A stretch of DNA of 64,000 bases from an uncultured Nitrososphaeraceae archaeon (GTDB taxonomy: Archaea > Thermoproteota > Nitrososphaeria > Nitrososphaerales > Nitrososphaeraceae): assembly GCA_963779615.1 (NCBI GenBank), contig CAVZZA010000001.1, positions 544,001 to 608,000 on the forward strand. The letters are read 5' to 3'. The translations under genes and the position numbers were made by a program. Shown piece by piece: positions 21,199 to 31,054 of the stretch (its first letter is position 1; the number at the start of each line of letters is the position of its first letter). The notes beneath the pieces were generated by a model, which saw only the letters and a program-made list of their open reading frames with translations, was not told the origin of the DNA and did no database searches.

Positions 21199-21279
21199 TT
21201 GATTTTTAATAGTTAAGTAATACTAAATATTATTTAGAGCAATTTATCTATTATATTATTAATAGGTAATTGGAAAATA

Positions 21280-22507
21280 ATGGGAGTTATAAAAGCATTA
21301 AAGTGTAGAGAATGCGGCTTAGAATATTCCCCAAGATTTATATATATATGTGAAGATTGTTTTGGACCTTTAGACGTATTATATAAACTTGACGATAATA
21401 TAACAAAACATACTTTTGAAAATAGGTCTGATTTAACTTATTGGAGATATTTTGAAATTCTTCCAGTAGAACATAAGAAAAATATTGTTAGTTTGAATGG
21501 CTCTATCACTCCATTACAAAAAGCAGATAATTTGGGCCAAAAATTAGGGGGATTAAAAAATCTATATATTAAAAACGATTCTGTAAATCCAACTTTTTCT
21601 TTTAAGGATAGACCCGCAGGAGTTGCAGTATCAAAAGCTAAAGAGATGAATTTGCCTGCAGTTGGCTGTGCATCAACTGGTAATCTTGCTTCTGCAACCG
21701 CAGCACATGCATCCAGGGCTCAACTACCATGTTATGTTTTTGCCCCTTTTGATTTAGAACACGTAAAAATAGCTCAAGCTTTATCATACGGCGCAAAGTT
21801 TGTAGCAGTTGATGGTACGTATGATGATGCTAATAGATTAGCGTCTGTTATAGGAGATTCCAATGGTTATGGTATAGTCAATATAAATATGAGGCCTTAT
21901 TACGTAGAGGGTTCAAAAACTTTAGCTTTTGAGGTATTGGAACAGTTAAACTGGACTGTTCCCGATGTGTTGGTAATTCCGGTTGGTAGCGGAGTCTATG
22001 TTGAACTCTATTTGTAAAGGATTTGAAGAAATGATGAATTTGGGAATAATCCCTGATATTTCCAATTTGAGAATAATTGCAGCACAGCCTTATGGGTGTG
22101 CACCAATTGTAGATGCTTATAAAAATAAAGTTAACGAAGTAATTCCGGTAGAAAAACCTGATACTATCGCAAAGAGTCTTGCGATCGGGGATCCTGGCGA
22201 TGGATTGTATGTTTTAAAACGCCTTAGACAATTTAATGGAATTGGAGAAGAGGTTAATGATGACGAGATAAAACGTGCTATTCTTTTACTTGCACAAACC
22301 GAAGGTATTTTCACAGAGCCTGCTGGGGGTGTATCTGTTGGTGTGATGAAAAAACTAATTGAAGAAAATAAAATCGATAAAGACGAAAAAGTTGTGTGTT
22401 ATGTTACTGGTAACGGACTTAAAACCACCGAGTCTATTATTGATCTTCTTCCTGCTCTTCATCCAATTAAACCTGATTTGCAATTAGTTTCTGCAATGAT
22501 GAATTGA
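21280..22507 (+). CDS. thrC: Threonine synthase-like PLP enzyme, split by one extra base near 21995
   Basis: N-terminal CxxC/CxxC, NPTFSFKDR (PLP Lys), ASTGN, EGSKT, IPVGSG; second ORF has TIAKSLAIGDP, EGIFTEPAGG, VTGNGLK; removing T21995 gives GGA GCT ATG in one frame. Confidence 0.85.
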
Positions 22508-22549
22508 ACAAACGGATATAAATCTAAAAATGGTGGTGTAAATTATATA

Positions 22550-23893
22550 TTGGCTAGAGTAGAATTTGTAATTCCCTCCGTTTTAAACAAAGGCGCTGGG
22601 GAAAAAAAACTATCGCTTGATGCCTCGACTTTAGACGAGGCATTTAGTATTATTTCTAATATGTTAGGTGATGATTTTAAACGTAGAGTCATAGATCTTA
22701 ATGGTAGACCCAGAGCATTGATTAATATTTATATCAATGGGAAAAATATTCGTTTTAATAATACCGGAATGAATTCCGTGCTTAATGATGGTGACTCAGT
22801 TTATATATTACCTGCTGTTGCAGGTGGTGCAGAAATAACTAGCGAAGATATGATACGCTATTCCAGGCAAATCATGCTTGAAGAAATTGGTTATGTTGGA
22901 ATGGAGAAACTCAGAGATGTAAAAATATGCGTTGTGGGTGCAGGAGGAATTGGAAATCCTGTGGTCACGCAATTGGTTGGAATGGGTGTGGGCAAAATTA
23001 AGTTAGTAGATAGAGATGTGGTGGAAATTTCTAACTTGCATAGACAGCATTTGTATGCTGAAGCAGATGTTGGTAAAGTTAAAGTAGAAGCAGCTCAAGA
23101 ACGTTTACAAAAAATGAATTCTGGTGTAGATATAGAAGCTGTTCCTATCTCAGTGACTCCATTTACAGCTGACAATATAATTAAAGATTGTAATATTGTT
23201 ATTGATGCTTTGGATAGTATTGATGCAAGATATGCCTTAAATGATGCATGTTTAAAACAGGGAATACCTTTTATTTATGCAGGGGCCCTAGGGATGGTTG
23301 GTTCTGTGTGTACTATTATACCGCATGAAAGTGCTTGTCTTAGGTGTATTTTTCCCGAATTATCGGAAGATGAAATGCCTACATGCAGCACTGAGGGAGT
23401 ACATCCATCCATCCTTTACCTTGTTGCTGGAATCCAAGTTTCTGAGGCAGTAAAAATCATTTTAGGTCAGCAACCATCACTTGTGAATAAGTTACTTTAT
23501 ATAGACCTTAACGATTTAGTTTTTGATAAAATTCAGATGTATAGGCATAATGAATGTACTTCATGTGGATTGAATGTAAACAAAAGGATTGTCCAAGCAC
23601 CATCATTAATGGTGGAAGAGCTGTGTGGTCGGAATAGGGGAAAAAGAACCTATACCGTTACCCCTGCCCAAATTAAAAATGACATCAATTTGTTGAATAT
23701 ATTAGAAAATGCCGAATCTCAGGGTTATACAATAACGTCTAAAGGTAATTTGGGTATAACCGTTTCTAATCAAAACAAATTACTTATTAGCTTTCTTACA
23801 AGTGGTGCTGCAACTATAGTAGGTGCAAAAAATGAAGAGGAAGCATTATCTATCTATAAAACTTTTACAAATGAGATACAAACAACAAATTAA
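22550..23893 (+). CDS. MoaD/ThiS ubiquitin-like domain fused to a ThiF/MoeB E1-like adenylyltransferase
   Basis: Beta-grasp-like N-terminus ending ILPAVAGG; then RYSRQ, GAGGIG, SNLHRQ, CLRC, PTCSTEG, CTSC. Confidence 0.9.
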   Translation: MARVEFVIPSVLNKGAGEKKLSLDASTLDEAFSIISNMLGDDFKRRVIDLNGRPRALINIYINGKNIRFNNTGMNSVLNDGDSVYILPAVAGGAEITSEDMIRYSRQIMLEEIGYVGMEKLRDVKICVVGAGGIGNPVVTQLVGMGVGKIKLVDRDVVEISNLHRQHLYAEADVGKVKVEAAQERLQKMNSGVDIEAVPISVTPFTADNIIKDCNIVIDALDSIDARYALNDACLKQGIPFIYAGALGMVGSVCTIIPHESACLRCIFPELSEDEMPTCSTEGVHPSILYLVAGIQVSEAVKIILGQQPSLVNKLLYIDLNDLVFDKIQMYRHNECTSCGLNVNKRIVQAPSLMVEELCGRNRGKRTYTVTPAQIKNDINLLNILENAESQGYTITSKGNLGITVSNQNKLLISFLTSGAATIVGAKNEEEALSIYKTFTNEIQTTN

Positions 23894-23961
23894 CATTTCT
23901 ACATTTTGTTAGTTTTTTATAGATCACTTTTAATAATTGTATTTATTTCAAAATATAAGAT

Positions 23962-24602
23962 ATGTTATTAAAACTCCAATCTTTTCCTATGATTGCACCC
24001 AAAGAAAACGTTGCAGATAATGATGAGATTAATTTAAAGCATCTTTATTTTAAGTCTAAAAAACTACAAGATGGTGATACTGAAGAAGAGCTAGAGGAAG
24101 AAAAAAAACTACAAGATGGTGATACTGAAGAGGAAAAAAAACTACAAGATGGTGATACTGAAGAAGAAGAGCTAGAGGAAGATGATGATGAGGAAGAAGA
24201 GTAGAGGAAGAAGAGCTAGAGGAAGATGATGATGAAGAAGAAGAGCTAGAGGAAGAAGAAGAACTAATCCCTAAATCAAATACAAAAAATTCAGCTAAAA
24301 AAAATTCTATTTTTAAAGATAAAGATGTTGATCTAACGCCTATCAACAAATCCTTGGATAAATCTTTCAAAGAAATTCAAAAAATTCAACAGACTGTTCA
24401 AAGCTCTCAAAAAAGCCTTAAAACCATAGAAAAACAATCTATGTTAATAAAGCAAATTCAATCTGAAATGAAGGAAATTAACAAAAAATTAACAAAAATT
24501 GAAAAAAATACCACTACTAGTGTATCTAAACCCGCAGCAAAAAACATTTCTTCAAAAACTACTCAGAAAAAAAACGATAATAAAAAGAAAAAGACTAGAT
24601 AG
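23962..24602 (+). CDS. Acidic-repeat / coiled-coil / basic-tail protein, split by a 1-nt deletion near 24201
   Basis: Repeat unit GAGCTAGAG appears once as GAGTAGAG; restoring C joins ORFs 23962..24204 and 24354..24602. Confidence 0.65.
24058..24263 (+). repeat. Imperfect coding tandem repeats (KKLQDGDTEEE x3; poly-E/D units)
   Basis: AAAAAACTACAAGATGGTGATACTGAAGA occurs three times, followed by GAAGAGCTAGAGGAAGA units. Confidence 0.85.
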
Positions 24603-24620
24603 GTTATCCAATTAACCTTT

Positions 24621-25484
24621 TTACCATTTTCTGCTATTTTCTTCTCTAATACTATAGTATATGTATTGTTGAACATAACCGGAATATTTCCCATAACGAT
24701 CTCGAATTTCTTTGGATATTTTTTTATATTGACTGGATGTGACCTTGGAATTTATTTTTAATTCTATTTTTGTAAATTGTTGCAAGTTACGACACAAAAA
24801 CTTTATAATCCATATATCTATAGGAAATGCTTCTAATTTATCAAATGAAAATAAAAGTATGCAATCTGCAATTTTTTCACCAACTCCATCTAATTTTAAT
24901 AATTCTTCTTTTGCAATTTCATATTTTATTTTTTTCAGGAATTCTATGTTTATTTGATTATCTGAAATATGTTTTGCTACACTTGAAACAAATTTGGCTC
25001 TATACCCAAGACCGCAGGATAAAAGATCCTGGATAGATGCATTACATAGTGATTTTAAACTTGGAAATGTATAAAAATCCATGTCATCAAAAACTGTTTT
25101 CTTTCCAAATTTCTTTGAAAGGTTTCTTAGGATAAAACGAATTCTGGGAATATTGTTATTGCTTGAACATAAAAAAGAAAATATACATTGAATTGGTTTT
25201 TGTCTAAGTATTCGTAGTCCCGGATATTTTTGAACTATTTGCCTAATTTTTTCAGTTTGGGAAATCTCATAAATTATTTCATTGTAATTGTCGTCTTGTC
25301 TAAAAACATATTTCTGCCAATCATTGTATTTAGGATATGAGTCATATTGATAAGTTTTTTCATTCTCATTTTCGGAAATTTTCAGTATGGTGTCTCCATA
25401 AATTCCATACCATGACTTTTTCTTCTTTTCCCATAAAAAATACTGGCCACTATTTATACTTAAATCGATGTTAGTAAAATACAT
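24621..25484 (-). CDS. ogg: 8-oxoguanine DNA glycosylase (OGG1-type, HhH-GPD)
   Basis: GLRILRQ, SSNNNIPRI, GLGYRA, GVGEKIADCILLF, FPIDIW. Confidence 0.9.
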   Translation of the reverse strand: MYFTNIDLSINSGQYFLWEKKKKSWYGIYGDTILKISENENEKTYQYDSYPKYNDWQKYVFRQDDNYNEIIYEISQTEKIRQIVQKYPGLRILRQKPIQCIFSFLCSSNNNIPRIRFILRNLSKKFGKKTVFDDMDFYTFPSLKSLCNASIQDLLSCGLGYRAKFVSSVAKHISDNQINIEFLKKIKYEIAKEELLKLDGVGEKIADCILLFSFDKLEAFPIDIWIIKFLCRNLQQFTKIELKINSKVTSSQYKKISKEIRDRYGKYSGYVQQYIYYSIREENSRKW

Positions 25485-25550
25485 GTAAATTAATCAGATA
25501 TTAAGAATTGTTTGGTATTGTTTTCATCTCTATTTGCATCTTTGAATTAA

Positions 25551-26816
25551 CTAAATGGTAGTGACCTCTGCAGGGTCGGGTGCATGAGCTTTGAATCCAT
25601 ATTTTTCATTAATTTCTTCTGCAAATTTAGTGCAAGAGTGATTATCTCCATGGACCGTCAATACATGTGGATTTCCTTTTACTTTATCTAGTATCTCAAA
25701 CAATTCTTTTCGACTGTTGTGTCCTGAGAACTCAAATCTGTTTACTTCTGCGAAGCATTTTATAATTTTTCCACCAAATGTAACCTGTCGTTTTTCCAGT
25801 AATGATCTTCCTGGAGTTCCCTCGCCTTGATAGGAAACAAGCGCAATGCCATTAAGTTGATCCTTGCATAATTCTTGTAGATAAAATACCGCTGAACCGC
25901 CAACTAACATACCTGCCGGTGAAATTATTACCCCAGGTTGCTTAACTACCCTTCTTCTTCTATCCCAACTTGTAATGTTTTCTACCTCTTCTATAGATTT
26001 TTTGAAAACCTCGGGTTCTCTTAAAAACTTGGGATGCTTAAGCATAATTTGATTTGCTTTTAAAGCCATACCGTCCATTGCAATTCTATATGGAAAATTA
26101 TATGCTTTGAGTACACATGCAATTTCCTGAGCTCTTTCTACTGAAAACGCTGGTATAAACATTATTCCTTTCCTTTCAACAACCTCGGTAGCGAAGTTTA
26201 CTAATTCTTTTTCAGATTGTTCTCTTGGAACTTGCTCTGCTTGAGAATATGTACTTTCAATTATCAATAAATCAATTTCTCCAATATCCAAATCGGCTGG
26301 TCGTAGTACTTTTGATCCTCTTGTGTTGATATCTCCTGTGTAGAATATTCTTTTTCCCTCTGTTTCTACGGTAACTGTAGAACCTCCAAGCACATGACCT
26401 GATTCATATAATGTTATATCCACATCTTTGACGGAATGTTTTGTTCTATAATCAATATTTACTGAATGATTTATCATATTTATTAAATCTGAAAACTCAA
26501 AAGGAAGATAGAATCCTGATATTTTCAACATATCTTGAATTAATAATTGTGACAATTCAAAAGTTGGTACCGTTCCCAAAGCTTCAATTTTTGCATCAGT
26601 ATTTAAAAAAAGGAAAGGAACAAATCCTGAATGATCTAAATGTGCGTGAGTTATCACAACAGCATCAATATCTTTAGGTTTTACATGTATTGGAAAAATA
26701 GGTTCTCTTTTCAATAAAACCCCATAATCAAGCAAAATATTGGTATTATTTGAATTAACTAAAAAAGCAGACCTGCCAACTTCTTTTGCAGCTCCTAACG
26801 TTGTTATTTTCAACAA
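25551..26816 (-). CDS. Metallo-beta-lactamase/beta-CASP ribonuclease (aCPSF2-like)
   Basis: EVGRSAF, THAHLDHSG, SGHVLG, YTGD, IESTY, FSGH, VHGD. Confidence 0.9.
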   Translation of the reverse strand: MLKITTLGAAKEVGRSAFLVNSNNTNILLDYGVLLKREPIFPIHVKPKDIDAVVITHAHLDHSGFVPFLFLNTDAKIEALGTVPTFELSQLLIQDMLKISGFYLPFEFSDLINMINHSVNIDYRTKHSVKDVDITLYESGHVLGGSTVTVETEGKRIFYTGDINTRGSKVLRPADLDIGEIDLLIIESTYSQAEQVPREQSEKELVNFATEVVERKGIMFIPAFSVERAQEIACVLKAYNFPYRIAMDGMALKANQIMLKHPKFLREPEVFKKSIEEVENITSWDRRRRVVKQPGVIISPAGMLVGGSAVFYLQELCKDQLNGIALVSYQGEGTPGRSLLEKRQVTFGGKIIKCFAEVNRFEFSGHNSRKELFEILDKVKGNPHVLTVHGDNHSCTKFAEEINEKYGFKAHAPDPAEVTTI

Positions 26817-26858
26817 AATTTTATTAATTATTTATTATATTAAGTCTTTGCGTACAAA

Positions 26859-27665
26859 TCAAAAGATGGGCTCCCACAATTTGTGTTTAGTGTAAGGATT
26901 TTTTAGCATTTCAAAATACTTGTAACCTGAATTGTCCAATACAAATTCAAATCCGTAAGGGCTGTATCCTTTTTTCAATTCTTCTGCAAGGCACCATTTT
27001 AAAGCATCTCGTATCCTTTTTTTCCATTCTGGTTTGCAGTATACATACCATAAATTATGAGCACCCCTTAAATCTATAAGAGTTTGCATTAATTCATTTG
27101 ATAGTTTTGAATAATGTCTATTTGTTATTTCGATATTGATGTCTTCCCATGATGGTGTTACCCAGCTGGCTATTTTTTCAAACCCGTGACCGTCAAATTC
27201 TGCGGCAAGACTTAATCCCTGATCTAAGGTTGTAACTATAACTTCTGTCTTTGTAGATATTTTGTCTCTGTAGTCAACTCCTGGTTCCATCCATCCGACA
27301 AATATTACATCATAGTTTTTGTCAATGCCATTATACGCATCAGCAATTCTGATATGGTTGGGCTTGATTCTTCCTACGCTATAAAAAATTTCTGCACTTT
27401 TTTCAATACCCTCTGCCTCAGGAATGTATTCCCTAATTTTTTCTAAAAAGTCTCCATAACCACAACCTGCGTCTAAATATGTTGGATTTTCCGATACGGT
27501 TTTGGCTATTGAGACTATTCTGTGCACATCTATTTTTCTGTATGTGAAATATGAACCGCAAAGAAATGGGAAAATAAATCTCTCATGGAATGGTGAAACA
27601 GCATATTTTCTAAAGTCATTTAGAGCACTCAATGCTTTCCTAATTTCATTAATTTGCGGAGGCAT
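26859..27665 (-). CDS. Class I SAM-dependent methyltransferase, paralog A
   Basis: YLDAGCGYG motif I, GIE, IADA, YDVIF. Confidence 0.8.
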   Translation of the reverse strand: MPPQINEIRKALSALNDFRKYAVSPFHERFIFPFLCGSYFTYRKIDVHRIVSIAKTVSENPTYLDAGCGYGDFLEKIREYIPEAEGIEKSAEIFYSVGRIKPNHIRIADAYNGIDKNYDVIFVGWMEPGVDYRDKISTKTEVIVTTLDQGLSLAAEFDGHGFEKIASWVTPSWEDINIEITNRHYSKLSNELMQTLIDLRGAHNLWYVYCKPEWKKRIRDALKWCLAEELKKGYSPYGFEFVLDNSGYKYFEMLKNPYTKHKLWEPIF

Positions 27666-28405
27666 CTTTATTCTTCAATTTTTATTTCCCATAAGTAAAG
27701 GCCGGAATTTAGTGGAAGAGCTTCTTTGAAGCCAAACCCACACTCATCTAAAATCTCTTCATGTTTATACTTTTCTTCGATAGCTTTCATTTTCAATTCT
27801 TCAAGAGTTTCTTTTAGACTTTTTTTCCATTCTGGTTTGCAGTATACATACCATAAATTATGAGCACCCCTTAAATTTCTCAACTCTTGACTTTCTATAT
27901 CTTTTAGGTTGTCAGTATAGTATTTGTTCATTAGCTCTGTATTTACATCTATCCATGATGGTGTTACCCAGCTGGCTATTTTTTCAAACCCGTGGCCGTC
28001 GAACTCACACCCTCCATTTATTCCACACTGCCCTCCTTTATCAAAAGTTGTAATTACGCATTTTGTAGCTTCAGATATTTTGTCTCTGTAGTCAACTCCT
28101 GGTTCCATCCATCCGACAAATATTACATCATAGTTTTTGTCAATGCCATTATACGCATCAGCAATTCTGATATGGTTGGGCTTGATTCTTCCTACGCTAT
28201 AAAAAATTTCTGCACTTTTTTCAATACCCTCTGCCTCAGGAATGTATTCCCTAATTTTTTCTAAAAAGTCTCCATAACCACAACCTGCGTCTAAATATGT
28301 TGGATTTTCCGATACGGTTTTGGCTATTGAGACTATTCTGTGCACATCTATTTTTCTGTATGTGAAATATGAACCGCAAAGAAATGGGAAAATAAATCTC
28401 TCATG
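27255..28405. repeat. 333-bp direct repeat (27255-27587 and 28073-28405)
   Basis: Copies read as identical from AGATATTTTGTC to CTCTCATG; encoded peptides identical. Confidence 0.9.
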
Positions 28406-28480
28406 ATCGCTATCATGATTTATACGGAATTTGACTAGTTCTCTGTTTGCGTTTTTAATGTCTGCAATAGAAAAAGCCAT
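27668..28480 (-). CDS. Class I SAM-dependent methyltransferase, paralog B
   Basis: Same SAM-binding core as paralog A; distinct termini. Confidence 0.8.
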   Translation of the reverse strand: MAFSIADIKNANRELVKFRINHDSDHERFIFPFLCGSYFTYRKIDVHRIVSIAKTVSENPTYLDAGCGYGDFLEKIREYIPEAEGIEKSAEIFYSVGRIKPNHIRIADAYNGIDKNYDVIFVGWMEPGVDYRDKISEATKCVITTFDKGGQCGINGGCEFDGHGFEKIASWVTPSWIDVNTELMNKYYTDNLKDIESQELRNLRGAHNLWYVYCKPEWKKSLKETLEELKMKAIEEKYKHEEILDECGFGFKEALPLNSGLYLWEIKIEE

Positions 28481-28563
28481 TATGTGAATAAATATAATTT
28501 AAGTGTAATTTTATTTATTGTCATTACAAAATACTTATAAAGCAACTTTACGCTGATTTTTTA

Positions 28564-28782
28564 ATGGTAAGAACATTCGAGGAATGGTGGGCAACTGTTC
28601 CAGGAGACTTAAAAACAAAGGCTCGCAAAGGTGACGAAGCCAACAAGGTTATATTGAATCAGGTAAATTATGTGTTGCTTCATCTGCATCTGCAAGGAAA
28701 ACATGATGCAAAGCCATCACATGATGAATTAAAAGACTGGCTTCACAGCGGACAAGTAGATACAATGCGCGCTAAAGCGTAG
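28564..28782 (+). CDS. Small hypothetical protein
   Basis: 72 aa, protein-like composition; TATA-like CTTATAAA about 30 nt upstream. Confidence 0.75.
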   Translation: MVRTFEEWWATVPGDLKTKARKGDEANKVILNQVNYVLLHLHLQGKHDAKPSHDELKDWLHSGQVDTMRAKA

Positions 28783-28880
28783 AATATCTCTAGATTTTTT
28801 TATCTTTGTATAACACTGTTTTGTTATTAGCATACAGTTTAAATAGTTTTATTGTTAAAAAACGTTTAGTGAATTATTAG

Positions 28881-29174
28881 ATGCCAATTGCTATACTTCC
28901 AGATGTTGATGAACAAAGATGCATTGGGTGTGCACTTTGTGTAGAAATTTGTACTGCATTAGGTCCAGATGTACTTCGTGTTAAACCTGTTGAAGGTTGG
29001 AAACGAGGCAAAGCATTTGTCTTCTATCCAGAAAGATGTATATCTGATGGTGCATGTATTGGTGTTTGTCCAACCCATGCTATTTTCTGGATGAGACCTT
29101 TAGAATATACCTCAGGCCAACCAGTTCCTTTACATAAAAACGGTGTATTCGATAAAGGCTGGGAAGAGGGCTAA
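28881..29174 (+). CDS. Dicluster Fe-S ferredoxin
   Basis: CIGCALCVEIC and CISDGACIGVCP. Confidence 0.92.
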   Translation: MPIAILPDVDEQRCIGCALCVEICTALGPDVLRVKPVEGWKRGKAFVFYPERCISDGACIGVCPTHAIFWMRPLEYTSGQPVPLHKNGVFDKGWEEG

Positions 29175-29256
29175 TTCGATATTCCACCCAATATTTTTTA
29201 TTCTTAAATTTTTCATAATTAACAATGCTTAAATAATTAGAAAATAGAAATTTATT

Positions 29257-29667
29257 ATGCTGTTGCCTTCTGAAATTGAATCCAAGTCTTTGATTCCAGC
29301 CATTCGTGCAATTTTATCCAAAAAGTTAATTCGTGATTATAACCTTAAAGAAGAAACAGTGGCCAAACTCTTAGGTATCACTCAAGCCGCTGTTAGTAAT
29401 TATATACGAGGGACAAGAGGCGATTTGGTTTTGGTGGCAAAACTTGAAAACAATTTTGAAGTGATGAAGATGATAAGTGATATAGCTAAGGATCTTTCTC
29501 TAAATAAAGCGTATTCACCAAGTACAATGACTAAATTTATTCAATTATGTAATTTTATGCGCTATACTTTTATCATTTGTGATGTGCATCACAGTATTGA
29601 ATCAAATATAGATAAAAGTATCTGTGAACACTGCGAAGTTATATTGACAGGCTCACGTTTTTCCTAA
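29257..29667 (+). CDS. HTH transcriptional regulator (archaeal COG2522-like)
   Basis: LPSE...IPAIRA, VAKLLGITQAAVSNY; C-terminal Cys/His cluster. Confidence 0.8.
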   Translation: MLLPSEIESKSLIPAIRAILSKKLIRDYNLKEETVAKLLGITQAAVSNYIRGTRGDLVLVAKLENNFEVMKMISDIAKDLSLNKAYSPSTMTKFIQLCNFMRYTFIICDVHHSIESNIDKSICEHCEVILTGSRFS

Positions 29668-29728
29668 TAGTTGTTTTCTTTATCTATATCCATTTAAAAT
29701 AAATTAATGAATTTATCATAATGATTTT

Positions 29729-31054
29729 GTGAAGGTTTCTATTTCGGGAATTAGAGGAATATTTGGGGTTGATCTAAGCCTTCAGGAAATACGTAGGTTT
29801 TCAAGGCTTTTTGGTTCGTATGTTCATAGTAATTTTGATCAATCATCTTGTGTTATTGCTCAAGACAGTAGGCCATCGGGAAAAATTATCCGTGATGTTG
29901 TAATAGGCTGTCTTTTGGGGCAAGGGCTAAATGTTGATGATTTAGGCATTGTTCCTACTCCTGTATTATTTCGAGAATCAAGAAAATACAGCGGTTCAAT
30001 AATGATTACTGCTTCTCATAATCCAATGGAATGGAATGGACTAAAGCTATTAGTTAACGGAAGAGGATTATTTGAAGAAGAATTAAATCTTTTATTAAAA
30101 CACCCAATCCGTGAGTACACAAGTATTGGCGAGTATCACAAAATTAATTCAAGTTATTTGAATGATTTGATGAATTATATTCCTATTTCTAATGATATTG
30201 AACCCGATTTTAAAATCGGCCTGGATTTTGGAGGTGGTGCTGCCTGTAATTATGTTAATAGATTGTGTCAAGTTTACAAAATAAAATACTTGAGTATAAA
30301 CGATCGGTACGGTTTTTCTTCTAGAGGTCCAGATCCAACCTCTGACCATTTAGATGAGTTACGTGAGTTGGTTAAATTAAACAAACTAAATTTTGGGTTT
30401 GCATTTGATATGGATGGCGACAGGTTAGTGATTGTTAATAATAAAGGGGAACTTCTTAGCCCTGATTTGACCCTTTTATTGTGTATCTCAGGTGCAATTC
30501 GCAATAAGATTAACAAGTTTGTCATAAGCTTAGATTCAAGTATTTCAATTGAAAAATATATCAAAGCATATGGCGGTAAAGTCTTTTATTCCAAGGTTGG
30601 GGAATCTAATGTTATAAAAAAAATATCTGAAGTTAATGGTGAATCTGGCGGCGAGGGTAGCAGTGGCGGTTTTATCATGCCCAACTTTACATCATGCAGA
30701 GATGGACTTTTAGCTAGTATAATGATTTGTTCATTAAATCAAAAAATGATAGATGAATGTCTTGACCTGGCTTCAAATTTTAAACAAATCAGAACAAAAC
30801 TCCCAATCAACCCTGAAATTAACCTAAATGATATGCTTGAAAAAATATTTGAGGTTCTAACACCCTATTCAAGTCAAGTGATAGATGATGATGGATTTAA
30901 ATTTATTCTTGATGATGACTCCTGGGTTCTTGTTAGAGCATCGAATACAGAACACGTTCTAAGAATATCTTTAGAATCTGAAAAAAATCGCTGCCATTCC
31001 CTATATGAGTTGATTTATAATAAAATATACGAGATTTATGAAAAGAGTTCATGA
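29729..31054 (+). CDS. Phosphoglucomutase/phosphomannomutase family protein
   Basis: ITASHNP, DMDGDR, SKVGE, VRASNTE. Confidence 0.92.
   Translation: MKVSISGIRGIFGVDLSLQEIRRFSRLFGSYVHSNFDQSSCVIAQDSRPSGKIIRDVVIGCLLGQGLNVDDLGIVPTPVLFRESRKYSGSIMITASHNPMEWNGLKLLVNGRGLFEEELNLLLKHPIREYTSIGEYHKINSSYLNDLMNYIPISNDIEPDFKIGLDFGGGAACNYVNRLCQVYKIKYLSINDRYGFSSRGPDPTSDHLDELRELVKLNKLNFGFAFDMDGDRLVIVNNKGELLSPDLTLLLCISGAIRNKINKFVISLDSSISIEKYIKAYGGKVFYSKVGESNVIKKISEVNGESGGEGSSGGFIMPNFTSCRDGLLASIMICSLNQKMIDECLDLASNFKQIRTKLPINPEINLNDMLEKIFEVLTPYSSQVIDDDGFKFILDDDSWVLVRASNTEHVLRISLESEKNRCHSLYELIYNKIYEIYEKSS

Noticed and set aside
26859-28480. Diversity-generating retroelement template/variable repeat pair
   Set aside because: Repeats are identical rather than adenine-mutated, and no reverse transcriptase is in the window.
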